Below the pieces are notes generated by a model that searched no databases, was not told where the DNA came from, and was given only the letters and a program-made list of their open reading frames with translations. A DNA stretch of 64,000 bases from NCBI GenBank assembly GCA_964483665.1, contig CAZACP010000002.1, forward strand, positions 33,171 to 97,170, given 5' to 3'. Shown here piece by piece: positions 1-10,151 of the stretch (the stretch's first letter is position 1; each line of letters begins with the position of its first letter). The translations under genes and the position numbers were made by a program. The DNA comes from an uncultured Candidatus Saccharibacteria bacterium. Its GTDB lineage: Bacteria; Patescibacteriota; Doudnabacteria; UBA920.

Positions 1-600
<600 letters not shown>

Positions 601-606
601 GAAAAT

Positions 607-1461
607 TTGATTAATTTTCCCAACAATCTTGTGAGCAATATAACTTTTATAATTTTTACCTACAATGAAGAAAAACGTTTGCCATATGTTCTAAAAAACT
701 TTTCTAGATATGGGCAAATTTGCTTAATGGATGACGGTAGTACTGACAGGACCAGAGAGATTGCAGAAAGTTCCGGAGCCCTATATTTTAGGCGACCCGT
801 AAGCAATAGTGTTAATGTGGAAACAGTAGAAAATTTTAAATTTATAAAAACTTTTTTAAAAACAGAATGGATCTACTGGGGTTATGCAGATAACATTGCG
901 CCAAAAAGCCTTTTAGAAAAACTTACCGAGGTTTCAAAAGAGGAAAAATATAAACAAGTTTTCATTCCACTTTATACCTACTTGTGGGGCAATACTAAAA
1001 ATTACACCCTTAAAGCTTACGCCCCGTTTTTTTTTCACAAAGATTATATTGATTTTCAAAAAAATCATATCCATGGAATCGGTAAATTTTTAGGTTCTAA
1101 ATCACAGATTTTAAGGTTGCCCAACAAACCAGAATTTGCTTTAAGACATTTTAGCACTTATAATATTGAAAAATTTGTCCGAAATCATTTTAGATATAGT
1201 GACAAAGAGGCGCAAGAAAAATTTTTTCGGGGGGAAAAATTCAGCATTCTTAAGTTGCTTAGGGCTTTAGTTGCCTATGCCTGGTATTTTACCAAAGATA
1301 ATTACAAAAACGGCAAATTAGGATTTTTAATTCTACTCAATTATCTGTCCTATAGAATAATGACTTATACCAGGTTGTACGAAATTGAAAATAATATAAC
1401 TATTGAAAACATAGAGAATAATTATTCAAAAAAGAAAGCAGAGCTATTAAAGGATTTTTAA
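607..1461 (+). CDS. Glycosyltransferase family 2
   Basis: N-terminal GT-A signature IIFTYNEEKRLPYVLKNF...DDGSTDRT (DxD region). Confidence 0.65.
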   Translation: MINFPNNLVSNITFIIFTYNEEKRLPYVLKNFSRYGQICLMDDGSTDRTREIAESSGALYFRRPVSNSVNVETVENFKFIKTFLKTEWIYWGYADNIAPKSLLEKLTEVSKEEKYKQVFIPLYTYLWGNTKNYTLKAYAPFFFHKDYIDFQKNHIHGIGKFLGSKSQILRLPNKPEFALRHFSTYNIEKFVRNHFRYSDKEAQEKFFRGEKFSILKLLRALVAYAWYFTKDNYKNGKLGFLILLNYLSYRIMTYTRLYEIENNITIENIENNYSKKKAELLKDF

Positions 1462-2390
1462 TGTTAAGTAAAGTAATTGAATTTGTAAGAAATAACACGC
1501 CCCTTTGGTTACACCGGGCATTAGGCCCAATTTTAGCCAAAATCTTTTACTTTTTTCGTATTTACATACTTGGGAATAACCATACGCCAACAGTTTTGTC
1601 AATTATGGAAACTCTCAAGTTAGTAGAAAGAAATGGTCTGTCCTTTGTTCGTTTTGGTGATGGAGAGATTACTTTAATTGAAGGTAAGGATTTATTATTT
1701 CAAAAAGCCGACCCTAATTTAATTTTAAGATTAAAAAAGGTTCTAAAAGCAGATTTACCAGGATTTCTAATTTGTCTGCCTGATTTATTTGGCAAGTTAG
1801 ATGCTTATGTGGCTGAGGCCCATAAATTCGCTTTGCACCACCAATTTCATTATAGACACCAATGGTTAGAGCTGCTTTCCTTAAAACAAATTTATGGGAA
1901 TACCTTTGTAACCAGGCCTTATTTGGGTTTTAAAGATGATGAACGAAAAAAAAATAGCGCAGCTTTCAAAAAACTTTTTTCATTTTGGTATGGAAGAGAT
2001 GTGATTTTAGTAGAAGGCCTTAAGAGTCGTTTGGGTGTTGGAAATGATATGTTTAAAGAAGTAAAATCATTAAGAAGAATTTTATGTCCACCGGAAAATG
2101 CTTTTGAAAAATACACTCAAATTTTTGAAGCAGTAAGAAAAAAAAGCAAAGATCATTTGATTCTCCTATCATTGGGTCCGGCGGCTAAAGTTTTGGCCTA
2201 CGATTTATTTCTGGAAGGTTTTCGGGTTTTTGATATTGGGCATATAGATATGGAATATGAGATGTATTTAAAAAATGAACCAAAACTTACAAAGGTAAAG
2301 TACAAATATTTTAACGAAATAAATGAAAGGAATCCTGAAGATTGTAAAGACCCTGAATATTTGAGTCAAATCACAGAAAAAATTTTATGA
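1461..2390 (+). CDS. Putative GT-D/DUF1792-type glycosyltransferase
   Basis: The FVRFGDGE motif near the N-terminus is characteristic of the DUF1792 (GT-D fold) family. Its start overlaps the stop of the preceding gene. Confidence 0.45.
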   Translation: MLSKVIEFVRNNTPLWLHRALGPILAKIFYFFRIYILGNNHTPTVLSIMETLKLVERNGLSFVRFGDGEITLIEGKDLLFQKADPNLILRLKKVLKADLPGFLICLPDLFGKLDAYVAEAHKFALHHQFHYRHQWLELLSLKQIYGNTFVTRPYLGFKDDERKKNSAAFKKLFSFWYGRDVILVEGLKSRLGVGNDMFKEVKSLRRILCPPENAFEKYTQIFEAVRKKSKDHLILLSLGPAAKVLAYDLFLEGFRVFDIGHIDMEYEMYLKNEPKLTKVKYKYFNEINERNPEDCKDPEYLSQITEKIL

Positions 2391-3451
2391 AAAAAATAAG
2401 ATTAAAAATTTGCGACAAAAATTTAGGACAAAAATTTTCTTACGGAACCTTTTTTTTAAACCTTCTGAAAAAATATTATGAAGTTGAGCTTACTGAAAAA
2501 CCAGATTTTGTAATTTACAATGAATCAACTTTTGAGTATTTAAAATACGGGCAAGATCCTGTGCGACTTTTGTTTATAGGGGAGAATGTTTCTCCTGATT
2601 TTAATTTATGCGATTATGCGATCGGATTTGACTATCTTACTTTTCAGGATAGGTTTTACCGGATGCCTTTGTATTTAATTGCACAATTTTATTCAGACGC
2701 TGAAATTGAGTTGGCGGGGGGGATGGATTTCACCTTCCAAAAGCCCTTTTTAAAAGAAGAATTGGCAAAAAAAACTGGATTTTGCAGCTTTGTTTATAGT
2801 AATTATTTGGCAGGTGGCCAACGTGAAGAGATATTTTATAAATTATCTGAGTATAAGAAAGTTGATGCAGGGGGTGGCTATTTGAATAATGTGGGTGGTA
2901 AAATAAAAAATAAATTAGCCTTTGAAATGCAGCATAAATTTTCAATTGCCTTTGAGAATTCTTCCCGAAGTGGTTATACTACAGAAAAATTAGTCAATGC
3001 TTTTTCTGCAAGAACAATTCCAATTTACTGGGGTAATCCGGATGTTGGCCTTGAGTTTAATGAAAAGCGTTTTATAAATTGTCATTCTTATAAGAACTTT
3101 GGGGAAGTGGTAGCTCGCGTTAAGGAAATAGATCAAAATGACGAACTGTATTTGAAAATAATCAACGAGCCCGTGGCTGCAAGCGGTATGGAATTTAAAG
3201 TCTTAGAAGCAGGTTTAGAAAAGTTTTTGTGTCATATTTTTGACCAGTCTCCAGAACAAGCAAAACGACGAACAATTAACGCAGCCAGGGCGACAAATTT
3301 AGAACGACAAGAAAAGTTGATTGCTAAATATATGGCAAGAAATTTACTTATCAGGAAGGCTCTCGCTTTTTTTTACAAACCTTTTAAAAAAGTGGTTTTT
3401 ATGGAAAATTTGAAACAAAGAATTTTTGCGAAAAATATTTATAAAAAATAG
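2387..3451 (+). CDS. GT10-family alpha-1,3/4-fucosyltransferase-like protein
   Basis: The motif FENSSRSGYTTEKLVNAF matches the FucT signature FxxFENSxxxxYxTEK. It sits downstream of fcl. Confidence 0.6.
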   Translation: MKKIRLKICDKNLGQKFSYGTFFLNLLKKYYEVELTEKPDFVIYNESTFEYLKYGQDPVRLLFIGENVSPDFNLCDYAIGFDYLTFQDRFYRMPLYLIAQFYSDAEIELAGGMDFTFQKPFLKEELAKKTGFCSFVYSNYLAGGQREEIFYKLSEYKKVDAGGGYLNNVGGKIKNKLAFEMQHKFSIAFENSSRSGYTTEKLVNAFSARTIPIYWGNPDVGLEFNEKRFINCHSYKNFGEVVARVKEIDQNDELYLKIINEPVAASGMEFKVLEAGLEKFLCHIFDQSPEQAKRRTINAARATNLERQEKLIAKYMARNLLIRKALAFFYKPFKKVVFMENLKQRIFAKNIYKK

Positions 3452-3528
3452 AGTATTATATTTATTTTACCTAAAAACTACATTCAATTAGTCTTAAGTC
3501 TAACAAATAAATTATTCAGAGAATTTAA

Positions 3529-4152
3529 ATGGTAAATAAAACACCTAAATATTTAATTGGCAGGGCATTGGTAAAAGTAATGTGTTTAAAGGGTTTTTCG
3601 TATTCTTCTTTAAATGAAGATAACATTCTAGATTGGCTTACTGGCTATAAAGAAAAGGGGGTTTATATAGATATTGGGGCTTATAATCCTGATCATATAA
3701 ACAACACAAAGCTCTTTTATCAAAGAGGTTGGAGGGGTATAAATATAGAGCCAAATGAAGAGGGTTTTAAGAAGTTTTTGGAAAAAAGACCAGAAGATGT
3801 GAATTTAAATTGTGCTGTTGGCCTAGGGGAAGCGGATTACTATTTTGCCGAAGGTGGTAGTGGTAATACTTTTGTTAAGAATACCGCGGAACAGAGAGGA
3901 ATAGACAAAAAAATTAAAGTTAAGCTTAAACCCCTGTCAGAAATTTTTAAAGAGAACAACCTAAGCGTTGTTGATTTCATTTCAATGGATGTTGAAAATT
4001 TTGAACATGAGGTTATAAAAAGTAATGATTGGTTTAAATACAAAGCAAAAGTTTTGTGTTTGGAGGGTTCTGGTTACCCGGAGTTAAAAAAGTACGGGTA
4101 TAAGTTAGTATTTTGGGACGGTGGTAACTCCTACTTTAAGCTTGATTTATAG
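3529..4152 (+). CDS. FkbM-family methyltransferase
   Basis: IDIGAYNPDHINNTKLFYQRGWRGINIEPN resembles the FkbM SAM-binding region. Confidence 0.5.
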   Translation: MVNKTPKYLIGRALVKVMCLKGFSYSSLNEDNILDWLTGYKEKGVYIDIGAYNPDHINNTKLFYQRGWRGINIEPNEEGFKKFLEKRPEDVNLNCAVGLGEADYYFAEGGSGNTFVKNTAEQRGIDKKIKVKLKPLSEIFKENNLSVVDFISMDVENFEHEVIKSNDWFKYKAKVLCLEGSGYPELKKYGYKLVFWDGGNSYFKLDL

Positions 4153-4196
4153 TATATAGGGAGTAGTTTGGTACCTATTGACACTTTTTGACACAT

Positions 4197-4234
4197 AAAA
4201 AAACCTTTGATATGCTTAAATCAAAGGTTTTTTA
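4197..4234 (+). terminator. Rho-independent terminator
   Basis: Perfect hairpin aaacctttga/tcaaaggttt followed by a T-run. Confidence 0.6.
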
Positions 4235-4432
4235 CTCTATACTAGGAAGTCCTGAGGACGGAAGTCAGGGTAAAAGAGTGCCCACAAGTAGTCACACCCT
4301 GGCTTGAGTCCGGGGTAAATAGTATCCCTGAGATGAAATAATTAGCGTTTAATTTGATTGTAGTTGGGTTACGATCACTTGCGATCGTCACCAACAGAAA
4401 ACTCGCCCTTTAGGCGGGGAGGAGGTCATTTT

Positions 4433-4675
4433 ATGGAAATAAATCCCCACGAAATTTATACAACCCAAGAAACTCAAAAATTGCTTAAAGTAAGCAATAG
4501 TACAATTAAACGCATGCTAAAAAATGGTTTATTAAGAGCCAATAAAATTGGCAAGCAGTATCGGATTTTAGGCCATGAAATTTTACGCTTGGTTTCCCCG
4601 GAGGTTGAAAGAAAAGCAGTACAAGCCTATCAGGGAATAAAAACCAAAGCTCGAGTTAAGTTAGAAAATTGGTAA
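4433..4675 (+). CDS. Small HTH DNA-binding protein (excisionase/MerR-like HTH family)
   Basis: RBS GGAGGAGG sits 6 nt upstream of the ATG. The sequence TTQETQKLLKVSNSTIKRMLKNGLL fits a helix-turn-helix. The ORF track's longer 4364 start includes a GC-rich structured leader. Confidence 0.5.
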   Translation: MEINPHEIYTTQETQKLLKVSNSTIKRMLKNGLLRANKIGKQYRILGHEILRLVSPEVERKAVQAYQGIKTKARVKLENW

Positions 4676-4679
4676 TTTT

Positions 4680-5867
4680 ATGATTTTATATTTTGATACT
4701 TATATTATAGACCGCAGTTTAAGCAAAAAAAATCCTTTTGCAGAAAAAGATAATATTCGGGGAAAATCACCTGTATACCGAATGCCAAAAAAGATTGAAA
4801 TTGCAAAATACACATTAGCCAGCTACGCTACTTACCCATGGTCGCACGTTTTGATTAGATATGAATTAGCGGAGGGTGATTATAATGAGTTAGATGATTT
4901 TATTTACTCCCTGTTTCCAAAAGCTCAAATACTTCATACCCGAAGTGATAGTCAAATTGATTATTTAGATTCAATAAAATTGCTAGATAATGTGACTGAT
5001 GACTGGGTATTTTATTCGCCCAATAACGACCATCCCCTGTTGATTAGCCAGCCATCAGATATTGCTTTTATAAACAGTTTAATAAAAAAAGGCGATGAGT
5101 ATTCTGAAAAAAATAATTTTGTTTCGATTGCATATTCTCATTGGACTGAGTATATAAATGGGGTCAATAAAAGATTTGGCTATTTTCCAAAGGGCACACA
5201 GAAAATTGAAGACACAAGAGATTGTTTAGTTTTCGACGTACCGAAAGGTGATTATAGTTCAATCCAAATAGTGAATAAAAAACTTTTTAAGGATTGGTTT
5301 ACTTTTATGGATTTAAGCGGTCGTTTAATAATGCGAGCCGAAGATCTAGCGGCTTTACGGGACAAAAAACAAATAGAAATTGTACCCAAGAAGGAGTTAT
5401 GTTCACATTTTGATGGTTATGAGCATATGCTGGGGTATTCAAAGGAAATTTTTACCGATTTAATACCGCCTTTGTTTATACCGTTTGGATTTTTTGAAAA
5501 AAAAATAAAAATTGCCTACGGATATGATACATATCGCCCGGGTTGGACAAATATTAATCCTCTGGCGAAAAATTACAGTTTTCGCGATTTAGTCCACGGT
5601 ACGGATTTGAAATTAAACATCGAAGATATTCCTCTTTTCTGGAAATCAAGAATTTTGACCATAGATGTTAATCCAAAATTCAACCACGAAAAAGCAAAAC
5701 AATCCAAAGATCTTAAAATGCAAATTCTACTCAATCCCTGGTCACTAAAAAGCCAGGGCTGGAGTTTGAAAACCGCCAAATTTCAGGTAAAGCAACTTTT
5801 GTATCCTTACCGTAATTTTTTTGAAGCACTTGGTTTAATTCAGTTGTTAAAAAAATCTGGTAATTAA
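4680..5867 (+). CDS. Hypothetical protein (395 aa) inside the glycan locus
   Basis: Long ORF tightly coupled to its neighbours. No family recognised. Confidence 0.45.
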   Translation: MILYFDTYIIDRSLSKKNPFAEKDNIRGKSPVYRMPKKIEIAKYTLASYATYPWSHVLIRYELAEGDYNELDDFIYSLFPKAQILHTRSDSQIDYLDSIKLLDNVTDDWVFYSPNNDHPLLISQPSDIAFINSLIKKGDEYSEKNNFVSIAYSHWTEYINGVNKRFGYFPKGTQKIEDTRDCLVFDVPKGDYSSIQIVNKKLFKDWFTFMDLSGRLIMRAEDLAALRDKKQIEIVPKKELCSHFDGYEHMLGYSKEIFTDLIPPLFIPFGFFEKKIKIAYGYDTYRPGWTNINPLAKNYSFRDLVHGTDLKLNIEDIPLFWKSRILTIDVNPKFNHEKAKQSKDLKMQILLNPWSLKSQGWSLKTAKFQVKQLLYPYRNFFEALGLIQLLKKSGN

Positions 5868-5869
5868 TT

Positions 5870-7513
5870 ATGAAAAAAAGTGTTAACCATAAACAAATAT
5901 TTGCCATCATTCCTGCGGCTGGCAAGCCGAGTAATTTAATTATCCAACACTCGACCTTACCTGACACAATGTTGCCTATTAACGGCAAGCCAGTAATAGG
6001 TTATATTTTGGAGGATTTGTTAAGTAGGGGGATAAAAAATGCGGTTATTGCTTTGCATCCTGCGGATTCTCATACCCAAAAGTATGTTGAGCAAAAGTTT
6101 ACAGATAAAATGGGAATTAAGTTTATAAGAACTAATCCCGACAGGGGAGTGGGAAATTCAATTTATCTTGCCAGTAAGTTAGTCGAAAAAAATAATAGAA
6201 TTTTATTGTATTTGGGAGATACAATTTATAAAGGAAAATTAAATTTTGGTAATGATTTTTTAGTGTTTTCCAACCGATATGAAAATCCTGAAAAATGGTG
6301 TTTTATTGAAAAACACCACAACAGAAATTTTCTTTTTATCAATAAACCCGCAGAATATAAGTTAGGAGGCAAGGTTTTGTGCGGTGTTTATTATTTTAAA
6401 GATTATAAGAATTTTATTTTAGCAACTAACCGGGCAGTAAACAAAAATAAAAAAGTTGAAATTAGCCATATTTTAGAAGCTTATCAAAAATTTCATAAAT
6501 TTGATTTAATAAGTGCTAATCGTTGGTATGATTGTGGAAATATTGAAAATTACTATCAAGCCAAAGTTGATTTTTTACGGACAAGAAGTTTTAATCGGCT
6601 TAGTTATAATCCGCAATTCGGAATTATCACAAAAACTGGGACAAATATTCAAAAAATTAACCAGGAAATAAACTGGTATTTAAATACTCCCGACCCGCTA
6701 AAAATATTCTCACCAAGGTTATTTGACTACAAAATTGGGAAAAAAATGTCTTATTACAGTATTGAATATTACGGGTATCCGACCTTAGCTGACATTCATA
6801 TGTTTGCGTACATTAACCAATCTGTTTGGCAGTCAATTATTAACCGCTTGCTCGAAATCACAGAGCTTTTTAAAGGTTATCCAAATCATTTACCTAGAAG
6901 TTATTTTTCCGATATGTACGAAAAAAAAGTAGTCTTGCGATTAAATGATTTACAAAAACATTTTTATTGGAAAAAGGTTTTAAATAGGTCGACAATAAGC
7001 ATAAATGGGGTTGAACACAAAAATATAAGCTATTTTTTAAACAAGTTTGAAGAAATGACCGGCTTATTGTATGAAAAAAAAGATATGAGTTTTATTCATG
7101 GTGACTTTTGTATGGGAAACATATTGTATGATGTAAATAGCAAACTGCTCAAATTTTTAGACCCTCGCGGTTATTTTGGTAAAATGTCAATTTACGGAGA
7201 TATTAAATATGATATAGCAAAATTACGTCACAGTTTTTGTAGTTTTTACGATTTTATTGTTGCTGATTTATTTAAAATCATAGAGCCAGCGGAAGGTCAA
7301 TATTTTTACAATGTATATATTGATGATTATCACAGATTAATTGCTAATAAATTTGACGAGGTGCTTATAAAAAAAGGTTATAATTTAAAATTAATAAAAT
7401 ATGTGGAAGCTTTATTGTTTCTTTCGATGGCTTCTTTGCATTCAAATAGCTTGAGCCGTCAAAAAGCTATGTATGTTACGGGAATTAGACTTTTAAATGA
7501 GACATTTAAATAA
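5870..7513 (+). CDS. Bifunctional sugar-1-phosphate nucleotidyltransferase / APH-family anomeric sugar kinase (MurU-AmgK- or LicC-LicA-like fusion)
   Basis: The N-terminus IIPAAGKPSNL...LPINGKPVIGYILEDL shows an NTP-transferase fold. The C-terminus IHGDFCMGNILYD...LDPRG is a phosphotransferase-family (APH/choline kinase) catalytic motif. Confidence 0.6.
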   Translation: MKKSVNHKQIFAIIPAAGKPSNLIIQHSTLPDTMLPINGKPVIGYILEDLLSRGIKNAVIALHPADSHTQKYVEQKFTDKMGIKFIRTNPDRGVGNSIYLASKLVEKNNRILLYLGDTIYKGKLNFGNDFLVFSNRYENPEKWCFIEKHHNRNFLFINKPAEYKLGGKVLCGVYYFKDYKNFILATNRAVNKNKKVEISHILEAYQKFHKFDLISANRWYDCGNIENYYQAKVDFLRTRSFNRLSYNPQFGIITKTGTNIQKINQEINWYLNTPDPLKIFSPRLFDYKIGKKMSYYSIEYYGYPTLADIHMFAYINQSVWQSIINRLLEITELFKGYPNHLPRSYFSDMYEKKVVLRLNDLQKHFYWKKVLNRSTISINGVEHKNISYFLNKFEEMTGLLYEKKDMSFIHGDFCMGNILYDVNSKLLKFLDPRGYFGKMSIYGDIKYDIAKLRHSFCSFYDFIVADLFKIIEPAEGQYFYNVYIDDYHRLIANKFDEVLIKKGYNLKLIKYVEALLFLSMASLHSNSLSRQKAMYVTGIRLLNETFK

Positions 7514-7517
7514 TTTT

Positions 7518-8588
7518 ATGAGAATAATGTTAGATTTAGATGGGGTGATTTGCGAAATCCGAAAAGAAGGCCAAGATTATGATCAGGTCAGGGTAAATGA
7601 GGGAGCAATTGAAAAAATTAAGGAGTTAAAAGCAGCAGGCCATTATATTATTTTGCAGACCGCAAGACATATGAAGACCTGTAAGGGAGATCAGGGTCAA
7701 GTCGTGGCAAAAATTGGCAAAAAAACTTTGGATTGGTTGGAAAGGAATACTATTTTATATGATGAAATTTATTTTGGAAAACCGCACGCGGAAGTATATA
7801 TAGACGATTTGGCGTACGAGTTTAGAGGATGGGACAATATTTTACCTGATAATTTTGATTCAAATAAAGTCAACATACTAATTCCGATGGCGGGCGCTGG
7901 CTTGCGTTTTAAGCAAAAAGGTTTTGTCGATCCGAAGCCATTAATAAAGACAAAAGGTAAAACATTGGTAGAGTGGGCAGTTAGGTCCTTCCATTTTTTA
8001 AACAAGATAAAAACTTACCGTCTAATTTTTATTGTTTTAGATGAACATGTTAAAAAATTTCGGATCGATAAGCAGCTAAAAGAATTATTTGGAAATGAAA
8101 CTGTTGTTATAACGCAATTTGGCTTGCTTTCGGGTCAGGCCAAATCAAGCTATTTGGCAAAAGAATACATTGATAACTTTAACAAATTATTTATATTTAA
8201 CTGTGATACTTATTCGGAAAGTGCGATTTGGGAATTGATTGAAAAAGAAGACCCGGACGGAATTTTAGAAGTTTTTGAATCAAGCGAGCCTCGGTATAGT
8301 TTTGTAAAGTTAGATGAATTTGGTTACGTTACTCAGACTGCTGAAAAAGTGACAATTTCAAATTTAGCTTCAACCGGTATGTATTATTTTAAAAGGGGTA
8401 CAGATTTTGTTCGAGCAGCCGAGGCTCTTTTTATGCGACAAGAAACCCAAAATAACGAGTTTTATATAATACCTTGTTATAACGAAATGTTAAAATCTGG
8501 TAAAAAAATCAGGGCTGTGAAAGCTCTAAAAAATTATATACTTGGAACCCCCGAGGAATTAAAGGCTTTCGAAAAAAATAAGGAATAA
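7518..8588 (+). CDS. HAD-superfamily hydrolase fused to a nucleotidyltransferase domain
   Basis: The N-terminus MLDLDGVICE is HAD motif I (DxDG). The C-terminus ILIPMAGAGLRFKQKGFVDPKPL is a GT-A-like NTP-transferase glycine loop. The first non-overlapping ATG was chosen (the track starts at 7497). Confidence 0.55.
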   Translation: MRIMLDLDGVICEIRKEGQDYDQVRVNEGAIEKIKELKAAGHYIILQTARHMKTCKGDQGQVVAKIGKKTLDWLERNTILYDEIYFGKPHAEVYIDDLAYEFRGWDNILPDNFDSNKVNILIPMAGAGLRFKQKGFVDPKPLIKTKGKTLVEWAVRSFHFLNKIKTYRLIFIVLDEHVKKFRIDKQLKELFGNETVVITQFGLLSGQAKSSYLAKEYIDNFNKLFIFNCDTYSESAIWELIEKEDPDGILEVFESSEPRYSFVKLDEFGYVTQTAEKVTISNLASTGMYYFKRGTDFVRAAEALFMRQETQNNEFYIIPCYNEMLKSGKKIRAVKALKNYILGTPEELKAFEKNKE

Positions 8589-8591
8589 TGA

Positions 8592-10151
8592 ATGGAAGAA
8601 ACTTCTTTTTCTTACAAAACCCTAAAGAATTCAAGCTATTTGTTTGCCGGCTTTTTGTTGCCGATGGTTTTTACTATATTCGTTACCAGAGCGTTAGCTC
8701 TCAAATTAGGGAGTGTTGATTTTGGAATTTATTTGTTAGTAAACGCAATAAGTTCATTTGTGGGGTTTGTTGATTTGGGTTTAAGCAGCGCCATAACCAA
8801 ATACGCTTCGGAATATTTAGCTAAGGGTGATATTAAAGCTTTACAAAACTTGTTGGGTTCAGCTAGAAGCTTATTTTTAGCCCTGGGGTTTTTGGGTGTT
8901 TTGGTTTTTGTAGTAATTGGTAAATGGTTCTTGCCTTTATTTCATGTCACGGCCGAAAGTCAGACACATATTTTGATTGTCTTTTTACTTGCTGGAGCGG
9001 CTTTTTTGTTAAATACTTTTGGCTTGGTTTACGGGTCAATTTTAACAGCTTTGCAAAGATTTGATATTTCTACCAAACTTTCTATGACTAGTTTGATAGT
9101 TACAAGTTTGGGCTCGATTTGGCTTTTACAGAATAGTTATCAATTAAAGGCTGTAATGGCCCTTAATGTTTGTGTGATTTTATTTACAATCGTTTTTACA
9201 ATGTATTATTCCAGAAAACTTTTGCCTGATTTGCGATTGAAATTTAGTTTCAACAGGACAGAAATGAAAAAAGCCTACAGTTTTGGTTTTCAGACTTTTA
9301 TTTCAAATTTAGCAGCAAGTTGTTTGCAATATTTGGATCGCTTAATAATCCCATTTTTTTTAGGACCGGCAGTTTTGCCTTTTTATAGTGTGCCGGGTAA
9401 TATTGCGATTAAAATTGTTGGAGTGACCAACAGCCTCTCGGGTATGTTTTTTCCCATGGCTAGCAGTTTGTCAGGTTCGGGAGAAATGGAAAAATTAAAA
9501 CAAATTTACTTAAGAGCTTTTCGAAATTTAAGTGTAGTAGCCGCAGGAACTACAATAGCCATAGTATTATTTGCGCAAAAAATATTAATGTTTTGGCTAG
9601 GTTCTGAGTATGCGGCAAATGGCAGTAAAATCCTGGTAATTTTGGCAATTACTTATTATTTTATTGGACTTTATATACCTTTGCAGAGTATTTTGTTAGG
9701 TTTAGGAAAAATGAAATTTTTAATTCGACAATCTATTTTAATGTCAGCTATAAATCTTACACTGCTGTTAATACTGGTTCCGAAAGCTGGTATTCTGGGA
9801 GCGGCTTGGGCATACCTAATTGCGGTTTTGCCAATGGCTTATGCTTTTTATTGGACCGAGCGTAATATTTTTGGTTTAAAAAATCAGTCATCATTTTACT
9901 TAAAACTCTATCTAAAAATATTTTTAGTAGCTTTTGTAGATGTGTTAATAATATATTTTTTGATAGAGCCCATAACTACCAGTCTATCGTTGTTAGTCAT
10001 CAGTGGGCCATTTTCGGTCGTGTTGTATTTTGTTTTGTATTTTGCTTTTGGTTTTGTAGAAACAGATGATATTTTACTATTTAAAAGTTTTTTTTATAAA
10101 ATTTTTAGAATTAAGAAACCATTATATGAATCAGGCGCCCCAGATAAATAA
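8592..10151 (+). CDS. wzx: Polysaccharide biosynthesis protein / oligosaccharide flippase (Wzx, MOP superfamily)
   Basis: About 14 predicted TM segments across 519 aa. It sits in a glycan locus. Confidence 0.7.
   Translation: MEETSFSYKTLKNSSYLFAGFLLPMVFTIFVTRALALKLGSVDFGIYLLVNAISSFVGFVDLGLSSAITKYASEYLAKGDIKALQNLLGSARSLFLALGFLGVLVFVVIGKWFLPLFHVTAESQTHILIVFLLAGAAFLLNTFGLVYGSILTALQRFDISTKLSMTSLIVTSLGSIWLLQNSYQLKAVMALNVCVILFTIVFTMYYSRKLLPDLRLKFSFNRTEMKKAYSFGFQTFISNLAASCLQYLDRLIIPFFLGPAVLPFYSVPGNIAIKIVGVTNSLSGMFFPMASSLSGSGEMEKLKQIYLRAFRNLSVVAAGTTIAIVLFAQKILMFWLGSEYAANGSKILVILAITYYFIGLYIPLQSILLGLGKMKFLIRQSILMSAINLTLLLILVPKAGILGAAWAYLIAVLPMAYAFYWTERNIFGLKNQSSFYLKLYLKIFLVAFVDVLIIYFLIEPITTSLSLLVISGPFSVVLYFVLYFAFGFVETDDILLFKSFFYKIFRIKKPLYESGAPDK

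Noticed and set aside
4240-4340. TPP riboswitch in the leader
   Set aside because: gagtgccc and ctgaga resemble THI-box pieces. However, their order, and the missing ACCUGAUCUGGAUAAUGCCAGCGUAGGGAA block, do not match.
10066-10125. Track start of the 324-aa ORF 60 nt inside the flippase gene
   Set aside because: The internal ATG at 10126 gives a shorter overlap and a more plausible N-terminus. The residual 26-nt overlap is still noted.
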